64,000 nt of DNA from Setoptus koraiensis (lineage: Eukaryota; Animalia; Arthropoda): positions 17,546,001 to 17,610,000 of the forward strand of contig CM106585.1 in the NCBI GenBank assembly GCA_048013815.1. Reading direction: 5' to 3'. The translations under genes were made by a program, and so were the position numbers. The notes under the pieces were generated by a model, which saw only the letters and a program-made list of their open reading frames with translations, searched no databases and had not been told where the DNA came from. Positions 27,946 through 41,021 of this stretch are shown piece after piece. Each line of letters opens with the position of its first letter. Within the stretch, counting starts at the first letter, position 1.

Positions 27946-28151
27946 CTAAATCGGAACTTTCCAATTTTCTTATTATTAATCTGAAGAATCTACTCATTCC
28001 ACACTCTATCCGCACCATTTAATTAATCCTTATTGATCAAAAATAGGCGATTCTTAGTGGCTTAGTTAAAGAGCCTTACTACCTTCTTTGGAAGAAGCAT
28101 TTGTTATAGTTGATATACTTACCCCACACTTTGAAGCCTCAATTGATTAAA

Positions 28152-29333
28152 ATGTCCGCGATACCAACTGCTCCAGAGCAGCTCAAAGCAATCAGACCTT
28201 ATATGAGCATTGCCTTGACGCTCGACCAAAAACACCCCGAGGTAGCATACTGGTGCCGATTGTACTCTGTCCAAACAGCCTTGAAAATCGATAGAAAATC
28301 TCCTGAGTGTGTAAGCTTTCTAACCGCAGTTATGGACTGGATGGAAACGGTAAGATAAAATAACCAAGAAAAAAGTAAGTCTATTTATATCAATATAAAT
28401 CTAAAGCTGATATAACCATATTCTCTCGCATCGTGTAAACATGTTTCTACTATAGTTTAAGAAGAGTCATCTAGATAACGAGGCTATCACCAATGAGACT
28501 GTTGGTTCAGCACAAGTAGAAAATTTGGCTATCAACTTGTTCAACGCTGTGGACACCAAGGATAGGAATGGCGTAGCTAATTTGCAAACTGTCAGAGCGT
28601 TTTTCACCTGCGGACACATCTTTGAGGCCATGGCAGTATTTGGACCTGTAACAGAAGATATAGCTCAGAAAGCAAAGTATGCCAAATACAAGGCTACATA
28701 TATTCAAAAATGCTTGAAAAATGGCGAAACACCCTTACCTGGACCTATCGAGGGTCTAGAGAGTAGCGATAGTGTTCCAGGTCCCAAAGAAGGTGATCTC
28801 GATAACATCAATGATCAACCTAAGCAAACAGATGATGCAAAAGGCCCCGACTCGACTCTCACTACAAATATTGATAGCCGCAAAGATCTTGATCATACTC
28901 CAGCTCCTGAACCTTTCAAAGTGAACCCTGGACAATTTCCATCGCCAAAATCGAACCCTGAGGTCAACATTACCTCTCTACCTACCATCAGCAATCTACC
29001 AGCATCTGTTTCTGGTAACAAATCTCCTTCGGAACTAAATCACCAGGCATCACTAACCTCCCTGAGCACGATGTTAGACAACAAATTAGTTGCGACTAGT
29101 AAGTACTCCGCAGTATATCCTTCTTTCTCTCCTCTTCTCTTCGGCGAATTGGTATGATTAACTCTATTTATCTTATATCGCTCTCAGATGGTCAACCTTT
29201 GAAGCCGGAAGAAGTTATTAAATCACAGAAGTATTGTAAATTTGCTGGAAGCGCGCTTCAATATGATGATATCAAAACCGCAGTTATAAACCTAGAAAAA
29301 GCTCTTAAGATACTGAATACTGGCTCGGAATAA
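28152..29333 (+). CDS. VTA1: Vacuolar protein sorting-associated protein VTA1 (LIP5), 3 exons
   Basis: MIT region VAYWCRLYSVQTALK and KAKYAKYKATYIQKCLKNGETPLPGP; C-terminal VSL domain SQKYCKFAGSALQYDDIKTAVINLEKAL; two GT-AG introns. Confidence 0.93.
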
Positions 29334-30516
29334 GCAACTTGACCTGACAAGCAAACTTCGTACAGATTAACCTCCCATTATGATTTGTCAAGAATCGACT
29401 GCATCAATTGTTATAAATTATACTCATTGTAATAGTAGACATATGACGGCGTTAACACAAACCATCACACCGTAGTCAAAGTTAGTCTTATCGCTAATAA
29501 CCATTGTTGTTCCCAGTTTAAAGTTAGACAATGAGATTCCCAATGCCCAGATTTGTAGATTATTTGACAATATCATACCTTAAAACTAGAGAGTCAATAT
29601 ATATAAATTGACATTCTGGTTTTCCGGTATAGATACAATCGAACTGTTTATAATTACATTTAAAAACCGGCAACAATATTTACATGTACAGAGTAACAGG
29701 ATTAATAAAAAAGGATGTGCTTGCAACAAGATACTCGACTAACTGGAGGCCTTAGATCCCGTCACGAGGACCAAGTTGTAGGTTCCCCTAGGCGGACAGA
29801 AGAGTGTTACTTGATGCCAGAAGCACTGGTGGATCCGGCACCAGAACAACGATTATGTCCCCATGAGGCGGTTTACGAATTATCTTCTTTCTGCCTCTTA
29901 TGATTCGTTTTCGGCATGGTCATTTAGTTCACTAAGTATAATTATCATAAGTTTTATTCAAGTTTATCATCATCATCGGAAAGTTGATTCCTTCATGGAA
30001 TGCTGGTTACCAAATCGAAAAAAATCAGTTAGTATGACACGAAGGTAGCTCATGGTGAATCTGTGATTATGCTATCGAATATTTTCGCAGCATTTGGTTG
30101 CGATCAAACAATGTTACTTACTAACTTTGCAAACCTACAATAAACTGAATGCTATTGATTCGCGATACACAACGTTCTTAATCGATGTCCAGTTTAGTGC
30201 TTTATTTGAGTTTTAGTATTTTATCAGTCATTTCTTTAGATTAGCAGTGAATAAACAAGCTCATCAAGGGTTAAATCAAGTATGCTCATGATGTAATCAT
30301 TTTTGTTCTTGACCAGCATCTCCGAATGTTAGGATTGTTGAATAGATTGTTGTTTTTTGTTGTTTTAGTTTACAATTAGTGTTATATGCATGCTCATGGA
30401 TGTATATACAGTGATGGTCTTATCTCAGCATCTTCTGGTTTAGTGTTTTCGTGACTGTGAGCCTCAGTTTCGGATGTTATGTGCATCTAAAACCTTATAG
30501 TCAGATGCCTGATGGA

Positions 30517-31577
30517 TTAATCATCGCTCATCCTTTGGAATATTTCCAATAGGAATAGGAACATTTGCACAATGTCCACATACAACAATATTGCGCCAAG
30601 AATGTACTCTTCTGGGCTTAATTCGTCTTTTCTGCCGCCCATGATAAGCTGCGTATCATACACTAGATAAAGCATAACTAAGAAGGCCCCAAATATGGCC
30701 AATATTAACGATCCCAATCTAGCGTTTGATGGGCCCAATATTAAAATTATAACTAATCCAGCAACCATGTGTATGATTGCCAAAATGCATAGTACTGTAC
30801 CGCAAGCTGTCATATCAAATGATGTGTATTTGGCGAACATTGTTATCGCAATCGTTGAGGCGGCACAAGCGAGGGCCGCATACAATACAACGCTTGTGTT
30901 ATAACGGCATGATATAACGGCAGCTTCAAGGCCCATTCCAAAGGTTAAGAGTGATAACAGGATGAAATTAGTTGGAAATGATCTCCTCGTTGATTCCACA
31001 CAAACCAATGTGAGATAAGTTACGAAGAAGATGATCATGCCCAAGAAAAGCCATAGTTGATTCTTCGCAAAATAAAGTTTCATGTCTTGGTTAAACACAA
31101 ATATGGCAATCAATAATACTGTAAATGAGAGTTGGGCAGATAAAATAGAGTAAACCTTCGACACAAAGGCATTTCTGGTTTCTTTTTCCGAGAAGAGGCC
31201 TGCCCCAACAGGAGCACTCCATCCGCCAGCATTTGCGTTGGGATCGACATGAACCGACACTATGATAGAGAGAGAGAGAGAAAGTAATAATTGAAATATA
31301 TAATTATAGTAAGTATTAGATTAGAGTCTATGTTATAGATGATTGCAGGCTGATAATATGGTTTGATCGCGAACTAACCATTCGGATTGGGAGGGTAACC
31401 GCCCGGGTTGTAGCCGGCCTGTGGATAACCTCCCGGTGGCGGGTATCCAGACTGAGGATAACCACCAGGTTGAGCGTATCCGGCGCCCTGGTAGCCGGGC
31501 TGACCGGGGTATACGTTGGGCACAGCAAAGCCAGGCTGAGGATACTGGTTCTGAGGATACTGGTTCTGGGGATACAT
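30517..31577 (-). CDS. Lifeguard / TMBIM (FAIM2-GRINA-like) membrane protein. Exons 31577..31379 and 31259..30517.
   Basis: Pro/Gly/Tyr-rich N-terminus, RNAFVSKVYSIL, seven hydrophobic segments, YDTQLIMGG, LSPEEYI, LYVDIV. The intron joins in frame. Confidence 0.92.
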
Positions 31578-33641
31578 GGTTACTGAGCTCAGGATAATAA
31601 CAAATGTGTGTTATTCAATGTTGTATGCAATAGTTTCACAATTACTCAATTGATTGATGAAAAATGAACAGCTCAAGTGATAATAGATATTAAACGCGGT
31701 CCTCTCAATGTGTAACTGTTGGAATCTATCTTAATAAAATGCTGGCCCTAGTGTCCAGTAAAGCGGGATAAATCTTGAGCCAATAGTGATAATTAAATTC
31801 CTATTTCTGATATAATGGTAGCTGACAGAATTCAGTTGGTAGCAATTTTTTATTTTTAATTGAGATTCACAAATCAGATGAGATCTCGTGATCGATACCC
31901 GATATTCAGCCGATAGTAATTGTTTGATTGTGTGATGCAAATGATAGCAAACATATTAGTCACTACTGTTTGAAATTTATTAAGTAGCTGTGATGGTAAT
32001 TATTGTCCGTTTGTTGTAACATTGACAATATTAATAGTAATATTGTTATATTTTATTAGTTGAGATGTTTATTTCTGATTTAAACTCACAATGAATCATC
32101 ATTGTTCTCTAATTTCTAGCAAGTTCCATCAACGTTGTGTCTATTATGTAATTGGCAAACAACACATGAAACTAAGGTAACACATTGAGCTCTGTGTGGG
32201 GAAGTGCTGTGCGCGAACAGTTGCTGTGCACGACCAATGTACTGTACACTGTAAACATATTGTGGGCTGGACCGGGGGACAGCGAAAGTTCAGCGTGTAC
32301 CATTCATTCGTGTTGCACACACACAATTATAAACGTCGCAAAAACACTAATCATGACTCATTGTCAGAGTGATCTCGCATCAGTCACATTTTCTGCACCT
32401 TGTGATTCTACATTTACATAAATTCATCTAATTGGATTTGTCCAATACATATGTCATAATCATGTTATCCTGTATTAGTGTTTTCATTATGTATGCTTCT
32501 GTATAATTGTGGGTGAGACGACTTTGATGAAATAACTGGCGTAAGTGTATCAGCCAAGACTGTCCGCTTTTCAATTATAATTACAGACACATGTAAACAC
32601 CGAACAGTAACAACTGTATCAGTATTGAACCACGGAAAGGCTAGCAGTTGCATGCTACTGAAAACGAACTCTTCCGCCATAACTTTCCACTTAAATCTTG
32701 TCAATCCATAGTCTATCAACTTTTCTCTTGTATACCTAACGCTTTACATAAGAACAAGCTTGAGCCCTCTCTTTCTCTCTGCTCGCTCTTCTTTTGATCA
32801 TGTAAGAGTGATTATTTTACTTTGAGGCCCACCCTTTACCTACTCGTGCCACACCGATATACTCTGACTTTGAATGCATGTACTCCGGTGCATTTCTATC
32901 TCTGGTTATTGACGGCCAATTTCGAGAGTCTCACAATTGTCGGAGAGATTCGAAACAATCGAAGCCTACCTCTCCGTCGTTTCGAATACAGCACAGATGG
33001 TCCAATTCTAAGACCAATTCAATCTCAGAGGCCAGTACCAAGTTTAAGCAACAACAATGAAATCAGCAGCAACACGTTCAAGCGCCTCTCTCCTCAGTCC
33101 AACAAGGGCCTGTAGTTACCCAAAACGTTTTAATGCATCCCATTCAATCTACTGTCGACAGTCATTTTCAAAACTTGAATCAACGCTTTATATTCACAAA
33201 GAGAAAGTCTTTGAGAATTGCACAAGACAATGCTCGATATTCGATTAATTGTGCATGTTTTCGCAGATATTTGTGACGGAATTCGCCGATCTATGACAAT
33301 GGTTGCTGTACGGGTCTTTTCATTGCAAAAATGAAAAAATTTGTCGCGATCCATGTCTCAAAATATAAAGGCTTTGTCGGAATTTTCGTTTGTTATTTTG
33401 TGTTTTTTGCGTCTAGACAGACACTAGTTTAGCTGCTTGCAATGGAACAGTTGTCAATTTATCCTTCTGACTTCTTCGCGGCACTCCTAAAAATAGTTTC
33501 TACAAAAAATGCGATCCAGATACATGGATAGTTTGATCGCTACTGATTCGGACTGATTGTTTAAAGTTGTACTATATTGAGGAATACGGCTTCTGGAAAG
33601 ATTCCTACATTTAATAGACTGTCTTGTAAACTAGCAAAAAA

Positions 33642-35219
33642 ATGACTCGTCTTGCACCTGGATACATCGTGATATGCCTACTACTATCATTAGTAGCGAG
33701 CGTTTTCTCTTCTATACCCTTTACCGTTCCGGGCAAGTCGAATTGCCAAAAAAATGTCAAATATTGGATCAAGCATAAATTTCACTTCTTAGAATTCAAA
33801 CATTGGAACAATTTCATCGAATGTTTCGAAGAAGTTTGCAATGATGATTCATTGAAAAATGATGCTAGATTCGCTCCTTATATAAGAAATAAAGAGCCTA
33901 TTCTAGCTTTGAAAGATGTCATACTACAGAGAGATTTTTGTCATGGACAGAAGGCACAAGTGATGGTGGATTATGGAGATCGATTTGTAAAACCATACGA
34001 TAATTTGCACTGGACTGAAGATGTCAAAAATGATCTGACTGCAGATGCGGTTGATGAGCCAGAATTGACTAAAGAGCCTTCGGTGGCCGTGAATGACAAG
34101 GACGACGCAACAATTGTTAAAGGTGATATAGATAGTGATTCAGAGGACAAGGACCCCACTCCCATTACAGATTTGGATGTTGAAGATATGGAGGCCAAAG
34201 CCCAATTGTTAGCACCATTCAGAAGAATGTACTATGGTTATGTTGGTCAAGTGGCCAAAATTTGTTTCGCACGCATGCAGAGAAGAGTATTGAAGGTCCT
34301 AGAACAGAAACCTGAATTGTTTTCGAAGAAAAAAGTCGACCAAGACTTGATCGATGGCCAAGAGGAACTCTGTAATCTAGTTAATGTAGATCATGAGCCC
34401 TCTAGCAAAAAGAACCAATGCTACCAAAAACTATCAGCGTTGCATCTAGATCCATTCTTTCCAAAACCGGGCGAAGACAGCAAGAACAATGAGAGTGCCG
34501 CTACAACTAGTGGAGATACTACTGCAGACGCTTTCTTGGCCAAAATAGACGCTTATCTGAAGAAGAATCAATCAAAATATGCAGAAAGCGTAGATGCATA
34601 CAAAGAGGCTGCAGATAAGCTAACTAAATCTTGTGCCACGCTTAAATCATTTTACGATGCAGTCATATCACCAGCTACTGTTTTTGCCTCGGCCGGCTAT
34701 GTTATTGACTCTGCTGTGATTGTCAAGAAGGCTGAAAAGGACAAAAAATTAGCAAAATGGCTATCCATACAACGTTTGTGTGATCTGATACTTCGTATAG
34801 AATATGTTCCGTTGAAGAAAGAAGAGGGCGCTCAGTCAGAAAGTGACATTAATGAGTATAGTCTCAACATAGATTTTACGCGAACAATCAAAGGTGACGA
34901 ACGATTCACTATCATCGTTTTCAATCACGTCGACTACATAAGATGTCGCGGAAAAAACTATTCACTCTGTGGCTTCATCTACGTACATCCGAAAAGGTCT
35001 ATAGTCATAGCGCTGGTGATAGGCATAGTTATTTCCGCTCTGACTGCCGGAATCGGAACAGGAGTGACCCTCTTGGTATCAGGAGCATCCGTTAAGTTCG
35101 CGACGATGATTGGAGGTGCTATTCCCTTGCATGCTGCTCATTCTACTGGTGCAGTTGCATTTAGCATACCGAATGTTTCCGCATTAAATGGAGTTTTAGG
35201 TGGCTTGGGTGGCAAGTAA
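33642..35219 (+). CDS. Orphan predicted secreted/membrane protein, 525 aa, intronless
   Basis: Long ORF with a signal-peptide-like N-terminus (GYIVICLLLSLVASVFS), several Cys, acidic linkers and a hydrophobic Gly/Ala-rich C-terminus. No family recognised. Confidence 0.75.
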   Translation: MTRLAPGYIVICLLLSLVASVFSSIPFTVPGKSNCQKNVKYWIKHKFHFLEFKHWNNFIECFEEVCNDDSLKNDARFAPYIRNKEPILALKDVILQRDFCHGQKAQVMVDYGDRFVKPYDNLHWTEDVKNDLTADAVDEPELTKEPSVAVNDKDDATIVKGDIDSDSEDKDPTPITDLDVEDMEAKAQLLAPFRRMYYGYVGQVAKICFARMQRRVLKVLEQKPELFSKKKVDQDLIDGQEELCNLVNVDHEPSSKKNQCYQKLSALHLDPFFPKPGEDSKNNESAATTSGDTTADAFLAKIDAYLKKNQSKYAESVDAYKEAADKLTKSCATLKSFYDAVISPATVFASAGYVIDSAVIVKKAEKDKKLAKWLSIQRLCDLILRIEYVPLKKEEGAQSESDINEYSLNIDFTRTIKGDERFTIIVFNHVDYIRCRGKNYSLCGFIYVHPKRSIVIALVIGIVISALTAGIGTGVTLLVSGASVKFATMIGGAIPLHAAHSTGAVAFSIPNVSALNGVLGGLGGK

Positions 35220-35474
35220 ATGATGACTGATAGGATATATTCAGGGCACAATTCAATATATGTAGTGATTAAGTATATCTTTCGATTGTTTATCGTTGGC
35301 GAAAATCGCAAATCAATTTAATAATATCTTTATTTGAATGACATCTTGTATCGTTGATAACAATTATTTGAGAGTGACATATGGTAATATTGTTGTGTAT
35401 ACCTAGAACAAACATATAACAGATTTCGTCTGATTATGCTATCAGAAAGAGAATTAACGGTTTCGTTTATGTGT

Positions 35475-37917
35475 TTATGACAGCTGTTGAATTGAATTTA
35501 TAAATAATGTGTTCAGGATAAGTACGTGGTGATTGTTTTTAGCTAGAGTGACAATGTAACCTTCTCTTGTGATCTTCAAACCACAACATCTCGATACTTT
35601 AACATGTGGACACTCAAATTGAGATACAAAATTACCATGACTATCAAATACCACAACATGAAATCTATTACCATGCGAATCACCGACTAGAATATCACCG
35701 TCGTCTGATATGTCAATTCCGTTTGGATAAGATGTAAGACCATCATGTCCGATCTTCCTTAAATATTCTCCTTGCTCATTGAAAACAACTACACAATGAC
35801 CTTTAAAATCGCAGATAAAATACTCGTTGCCTCCTCTTATGTCTGATTTCACGGCTATATCTGAAGGCTCTTTCATGTGACCAGAGCAATCAAACCATCC
35901 ATTGAGTACACCGGTTTCACCAGATATTATATATACGGTGGGTGATACAGAATCAACCACAATGATCAATCCTTCTTGAGTTATAGCAAGTCCAGCTACA
36001 ATATCTATATATTGAATTCCAATTTTCTTAACAAATGCTCCATCCTTGGTGAAAAGTTGCATTCTCGACCTTTCAGCGCCTATTTCGGAGATTTTGTTGA
36101 TAGATAAAGATCAGTTGCTTGTTAGGTCGTAATCGAATATAGAAGATAACTGATAGTAGACTACGTGATCTATAGTGATTCACTTTATGTTATTTACCTC
36201 TATCACAAACAACGTACAACGGGCCATCCTGAGCACTAGCGGAAGTGGAGGCTGCAGCGGCCGCTAATGGGGAATGTTGCAAAATGGCAACTTTGCGTGG
36301 ATTCCACAGTTGACCCTCTTCTTTTCCAGGTGAACCGAACTGACTGACAAATACTCCACTTTTGTCAAATATACATATCCTATGATTGTTTGTATCAGCA
36401 ACAACAATTTCCTGATTTGTGCCCAAACAGAACCCATGTGGACTAAAGGAAATTTGATCAGTTGCAAGAGAGTGATTTGTTTTTAATTTGTTAATCTACT
36501 ACGATTTGAATTGTGTCTACTAGGTCGAGGGTGAAGGATGTTTAGATTATCGGATGCACTAAAAATTATTCGTCTCGTTGAATTTACCTGTTGAACTGAG
36601 CCCTGCCACTGCCTAAATAACCAAATTTGTGCCTAATCTGCATACTATTTAATCTATTATTGGGTTTTCCTCCCATGAGAGGGCTAGCCGCTGCTGAGCC
36701 CCCACTAGTGGGCGTCGAAAGTGTATTCCTAACAAGGCTACTAGAGCTTCTGCAAATATCACGGATTTAAAATAGATGATAGAAAATGGTTTTTAATGTT
36801 TAGCTTTTACGATTAGTTGATCAGTTGACAGGTGGTAACATTTAACGAAAAGAATGTATCATTGTTATTTGAATAGTGTACTTACGAAGGCGAAGGTGAT
36901 AAAAGAGGAACTCGATCGGGTAGAAGTTGCCGTCTAAGATGGCCAGGCGAGGAGCTGGGGCTTAGCAAGCTCGAAGATGTGGTCAGCGATCGAAGGGTTG
37001 GGGTTCTTATAAGTGATGTGGGCGATGGAGTAATAGAATGTAAGCCACTGGCGTGGCTGCTAAGACTATGACTATGTGATAGTCCCGATCCTATAGGTGA
37101 TGGTGTATGCGAAGACGATGAAAAAACATTCATGTTATCTTGTTGTTGGCGAAGTTGGTGATGTTGTTGTGTCAAATTGCGATATGTCTGGTCCAGATTA
37201 GCGCTGACCGCAGCAACAGCGCTACTAACGGGACTTTGGCGATGATGTTGCTGATGTTGTTGCTGTTGTTGGCATTGTTCTTGTAAAACAGCTAATTGGC
37301 TTAAATTGTTGATAGCTGCATCAGTAAGAGAGGTTAATAGACCGTCCGTATTGAGACCATCATCATCATTGTCATCGTTGACATCATCGAGATCATCGTC
37401 ATCTTCATTATCAGTATTGTGCTGTTGTTTGTTGTTACCAGTGTTAGCAACACTATTAATAATATTATTAACATTATTGTTGTTGTTATTGTTGCTACCG
37501 GTGTTGGTATTGGTGGTATTGTTGGCGACTGCATGGCTGGCATTACTACTACCAGTGGAACCCTGATGTTGATGATGGTGTTGCAAATGATGGCTCAATG
37601 ATTGGTGATGTGATAAATGTTGTTGCTGTTCCACTGCGCTCTTAGTGAGCCGATTTAGTTGGTTAGCTAATTGTTGTTGTGTGCTGTCTTGGCGATGATT
37701 GGCTATATCATGTTGATTTAAGTTGCGTTGATCATTGGCGCTGCCAGTTGCTGCAGAGGCGGTGGATATAGGTGGCTGGGGTCTCATGTTGATGACACTC
37801 TTGTACATGTTTAATTGAGCTTGTAACGATCTGATTTGTTGTTCTCTTCGCTCCAATTGTTGCCTGAGGTCAATGATAGTGGCCTCCTGTGAGGCCAGCA
37901 TGATGTTGCTATTTTTT

Positions 37918-37961
<44 letters not shown>

Positions 37962-38033
37962 TTGCGGCTGGCTCTGGCTCTGGTTCTGGTTTTGGGGTTG
38001 TTGTTGTTGCTGTTGTGGATTGTTCTCACCCAT
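35475..38033 (-). CDS. mei-P26: Mei-P26-type NHL-repeat protein with an N-terminal PKG-like leucine zipper and Q/H/N-rich linker, ~719 aa. Exons 38033..36886, 36749..36588, 36442..36198, 36079..35475.
   Basis: Spliced NHL reads [100 protein letters not shown], matching Mei-P26/NHL-2 rather than Brat. All three GT-AG introns keep the frame (total 2160 nt). Confidence 0.88.
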
Positions 38034-38059
38034 TTGAATGTGTATGTATGTGTGCAATT

Positions 38060-40361
38060 TCTAAGTGTAGATATATGTATGCATATATATAGATATACAG
38101 CTATATATAAATATGTATATATTTGTATATATATATGTGTTGTCGTCTTTGGGGTATGTGTAGATAATAACAATTATAACAATAATATAATATGTATATA
38201 TATATCTATATGTATATAATAATAATTATAATAATAATGGTATAGTAATAATATATTAATAGCAATAATAATAATATAAAAAGACACAAACAGACAGTGT
38301 AATATATAATTTATAATACATATAATATTATATATGTGTATATATATATGTATATATATCTATGTATATATATATCGATAACTTTATATATATATATATC
38401 TATATATGATATATATGATATATATACAAATAATAAGTGCAACTATCTAGTTACAAGTTGCCATTGCAACTTGTAAGGAAATTGCATCAACTTTTGATCG
38501 AACTTTTCTCTTTCGCTATCTCTCTCTACCCTCTTGTTTGTCCTTCTTTCGCTCCCATTGGCTTCACTATTGTGTCCGTATGTGTCTGTGTATTAGTGTG
38601 TGTGTGTGTGTGTGTGTCTGCTTGTGTGTGTCGCGGTGGCTTCACTATTCAATAGTCACTATTGTGTGCGTGTGTGTGTGTGTGTGTGTGCGTGTGCACT
38701 AGTGATGGTGGTGGCAACACGAGCCACGAACTGAAAAGAGTGCTGGTGTGTGTGTGTAAATTGGCGAACGGGCACAAAAATCGAACCAACCAACAGAATA
38801 ACAAAAATCGAACTTTTTGCAAATCAATCACAGACGGCATGCCCTCTTGTTGTTACCAATAATAAGCATACTAATAGTATTAGTAATAATAATAGTTATA
38901 GTGGTAATAATAATCGCTATAGTAATAATAATAATAATAATAATTATAACAATAATCTTTGCGTCTTTTGGGCCCGCTCTTGGTTTGCTCCTGATTTTGT
39001 CGTCTCATGGGCATATTCGCCGTTGGCTATTAGAAATGGTTACGTGGCTACGTGCTACTCGTGTTTCGCTTGACGCTTCATTCATGGGTGAATAGTTTAC
39101 CGATAAATAGTGCTAATAGTTGATAAAGGGCATAAATTATGTCGATCAACTTGACGATGTGGTCGCTATATATAATATAATAATAATCTAAATATATATG
39201 TGTATAGTTTAAAAAATTATTTACAACTAAATCAGTACAGCTTATTAGCTAATTATCTGTTGTCTATGTCTGCGTGTCTCACTCTCACTGTTTGTGTCTG
39301 TGTGTGTCAGATTTAAATTAATTTAAGTATTGTGTTGCTAGATACGTAGACGGTCGACGTCTGTACGTTTTGTTTGTACGTGTCATAGAATACTTTATAT
39401 ATGTATGTGTGTATATGTATATATATATTAATTTATATATAAATATACATATGGATAGATAGATGTGTGTGTGTGTCTGTATGTTTGTGTATAATTAGAT
39501 ATAAATATGTATGTTGTTAATGATGATATATATTTGCAAGTTGGATAAATGATAAACCATTATTGTTACGCTAATCGCTGGTGCTGCTGCTGCAGAGTTG
39601 ATGCTATTCTATTTGTTTTCTTAAAGAATCCATCTGTTCCATTGGCTCTAGTGCTAGGTATAGGCAGCAGCAGCTTTCTCTCTCGCAATTCTGCGCTCCT
39701 TTATTGCTCTATCTATGCTATAGTGTGTGTGTGTGTGTGTGTGTGTGTTTGTGTGCGTGTGTGTGTGAGCAGGCACCTAGCTAGCTAGCCAGTGTGTGTG
39801 TGTGCGTGTGTGTGTGTATATATATGTGTATATGTGCCCCCTCAACTCTATCACCACTAAACTGCTGCTGCTGTTGTCGTTGTTGTTGTTGCTGTTGCTG
39901 CAACTGTTACAACAACTACTCTCTCGCTGCTGCGGATAGAACGGCTGGCTGGCTGACTTGCTGGATAGCTCGCTAGCTGGCTAGATAACTGCTGTAAAGC
40001 ACTGGATGGGCCACTCTCACTCCTTCCTCACCTAATGCAACGACAACGGCAACAACAGCAGCTTATATAACCGTTCCTACTCATCGGCAACCACTATTAC
40101 TCGCGTACCACTACAACGAAACGAAAGCAACAGCAGTAGCGACAGTGCAGCTATCCCTAGTCAGTCAGTCAGTCATCCATCCACGTATCTAGCCAGACAG
40201 CCAGCCAGAGAGTCAGTGTGTCGTTGGGGCTTGCAGCTAGCTAGCCAGTTGCGGCAGCAGCAGCGAGCGAGCGAGCTAACTAGACGAGCTTAGCAAGTTT
40301 AGACGGTAGTACTCAAATACTCAAATTCAATGTCGATCATCATTGCGACGGCGCTACACAC

Positions 40362-40418
<57 letters not shown>

Positions 40419-40989
40419 CACACACAGTCCTAGAAGAGCGAGAGAGAGAGAGAGTCTATGTCTACGTGTTCTATACACTGCTCTCTGCCACCAAGCTTGT
40501 GTGTGGCCCAACAACGACAACAGCAACAACGGCAACAACAGCAGCAACAGCAACGTCAACAACAACAACAGCAACCACCACCACCAACTACAACAACAGC
40601 AGCAGCAGCAGCGACGATAGCAGAAACAACAACAAAAACAACAACAGCAACCACTACCAACACCACTAGCAACAAATACACATCGCGAGAATAAAAATTC
40701 ACTCATCTCACGCAACTTCTATTCTCTCGCTCCATTCGTCCAGAGAATGGCAACAACAGCAAGCTTGTTGTACCTCTACATTTTTGCAGAGAAAAACAGA
40801 AACGAACAACGTCGAGCAATAGTTGGCTTGGTGTTGCAGCAGCAAGCTGGCAAGCTAACTAGCTGGCTGGCCAGCCAGTCAGCTTACCAGCGAGCGATGT
40901 AGATGGGCTCCATCAATAGCTATGGGTGGTGGTGATGACATTTAGTGTGGGTGCTGCATTCTAAGATTCCAACACACACTATATATACC

Positions 40990-41021
<32 letters not shown>

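Noticed and set aside
29390-29410. TCGACTGCAT, resembling part of U1 snRNA
   Set aside because: No U1 5' end, stems or Sm site in context.
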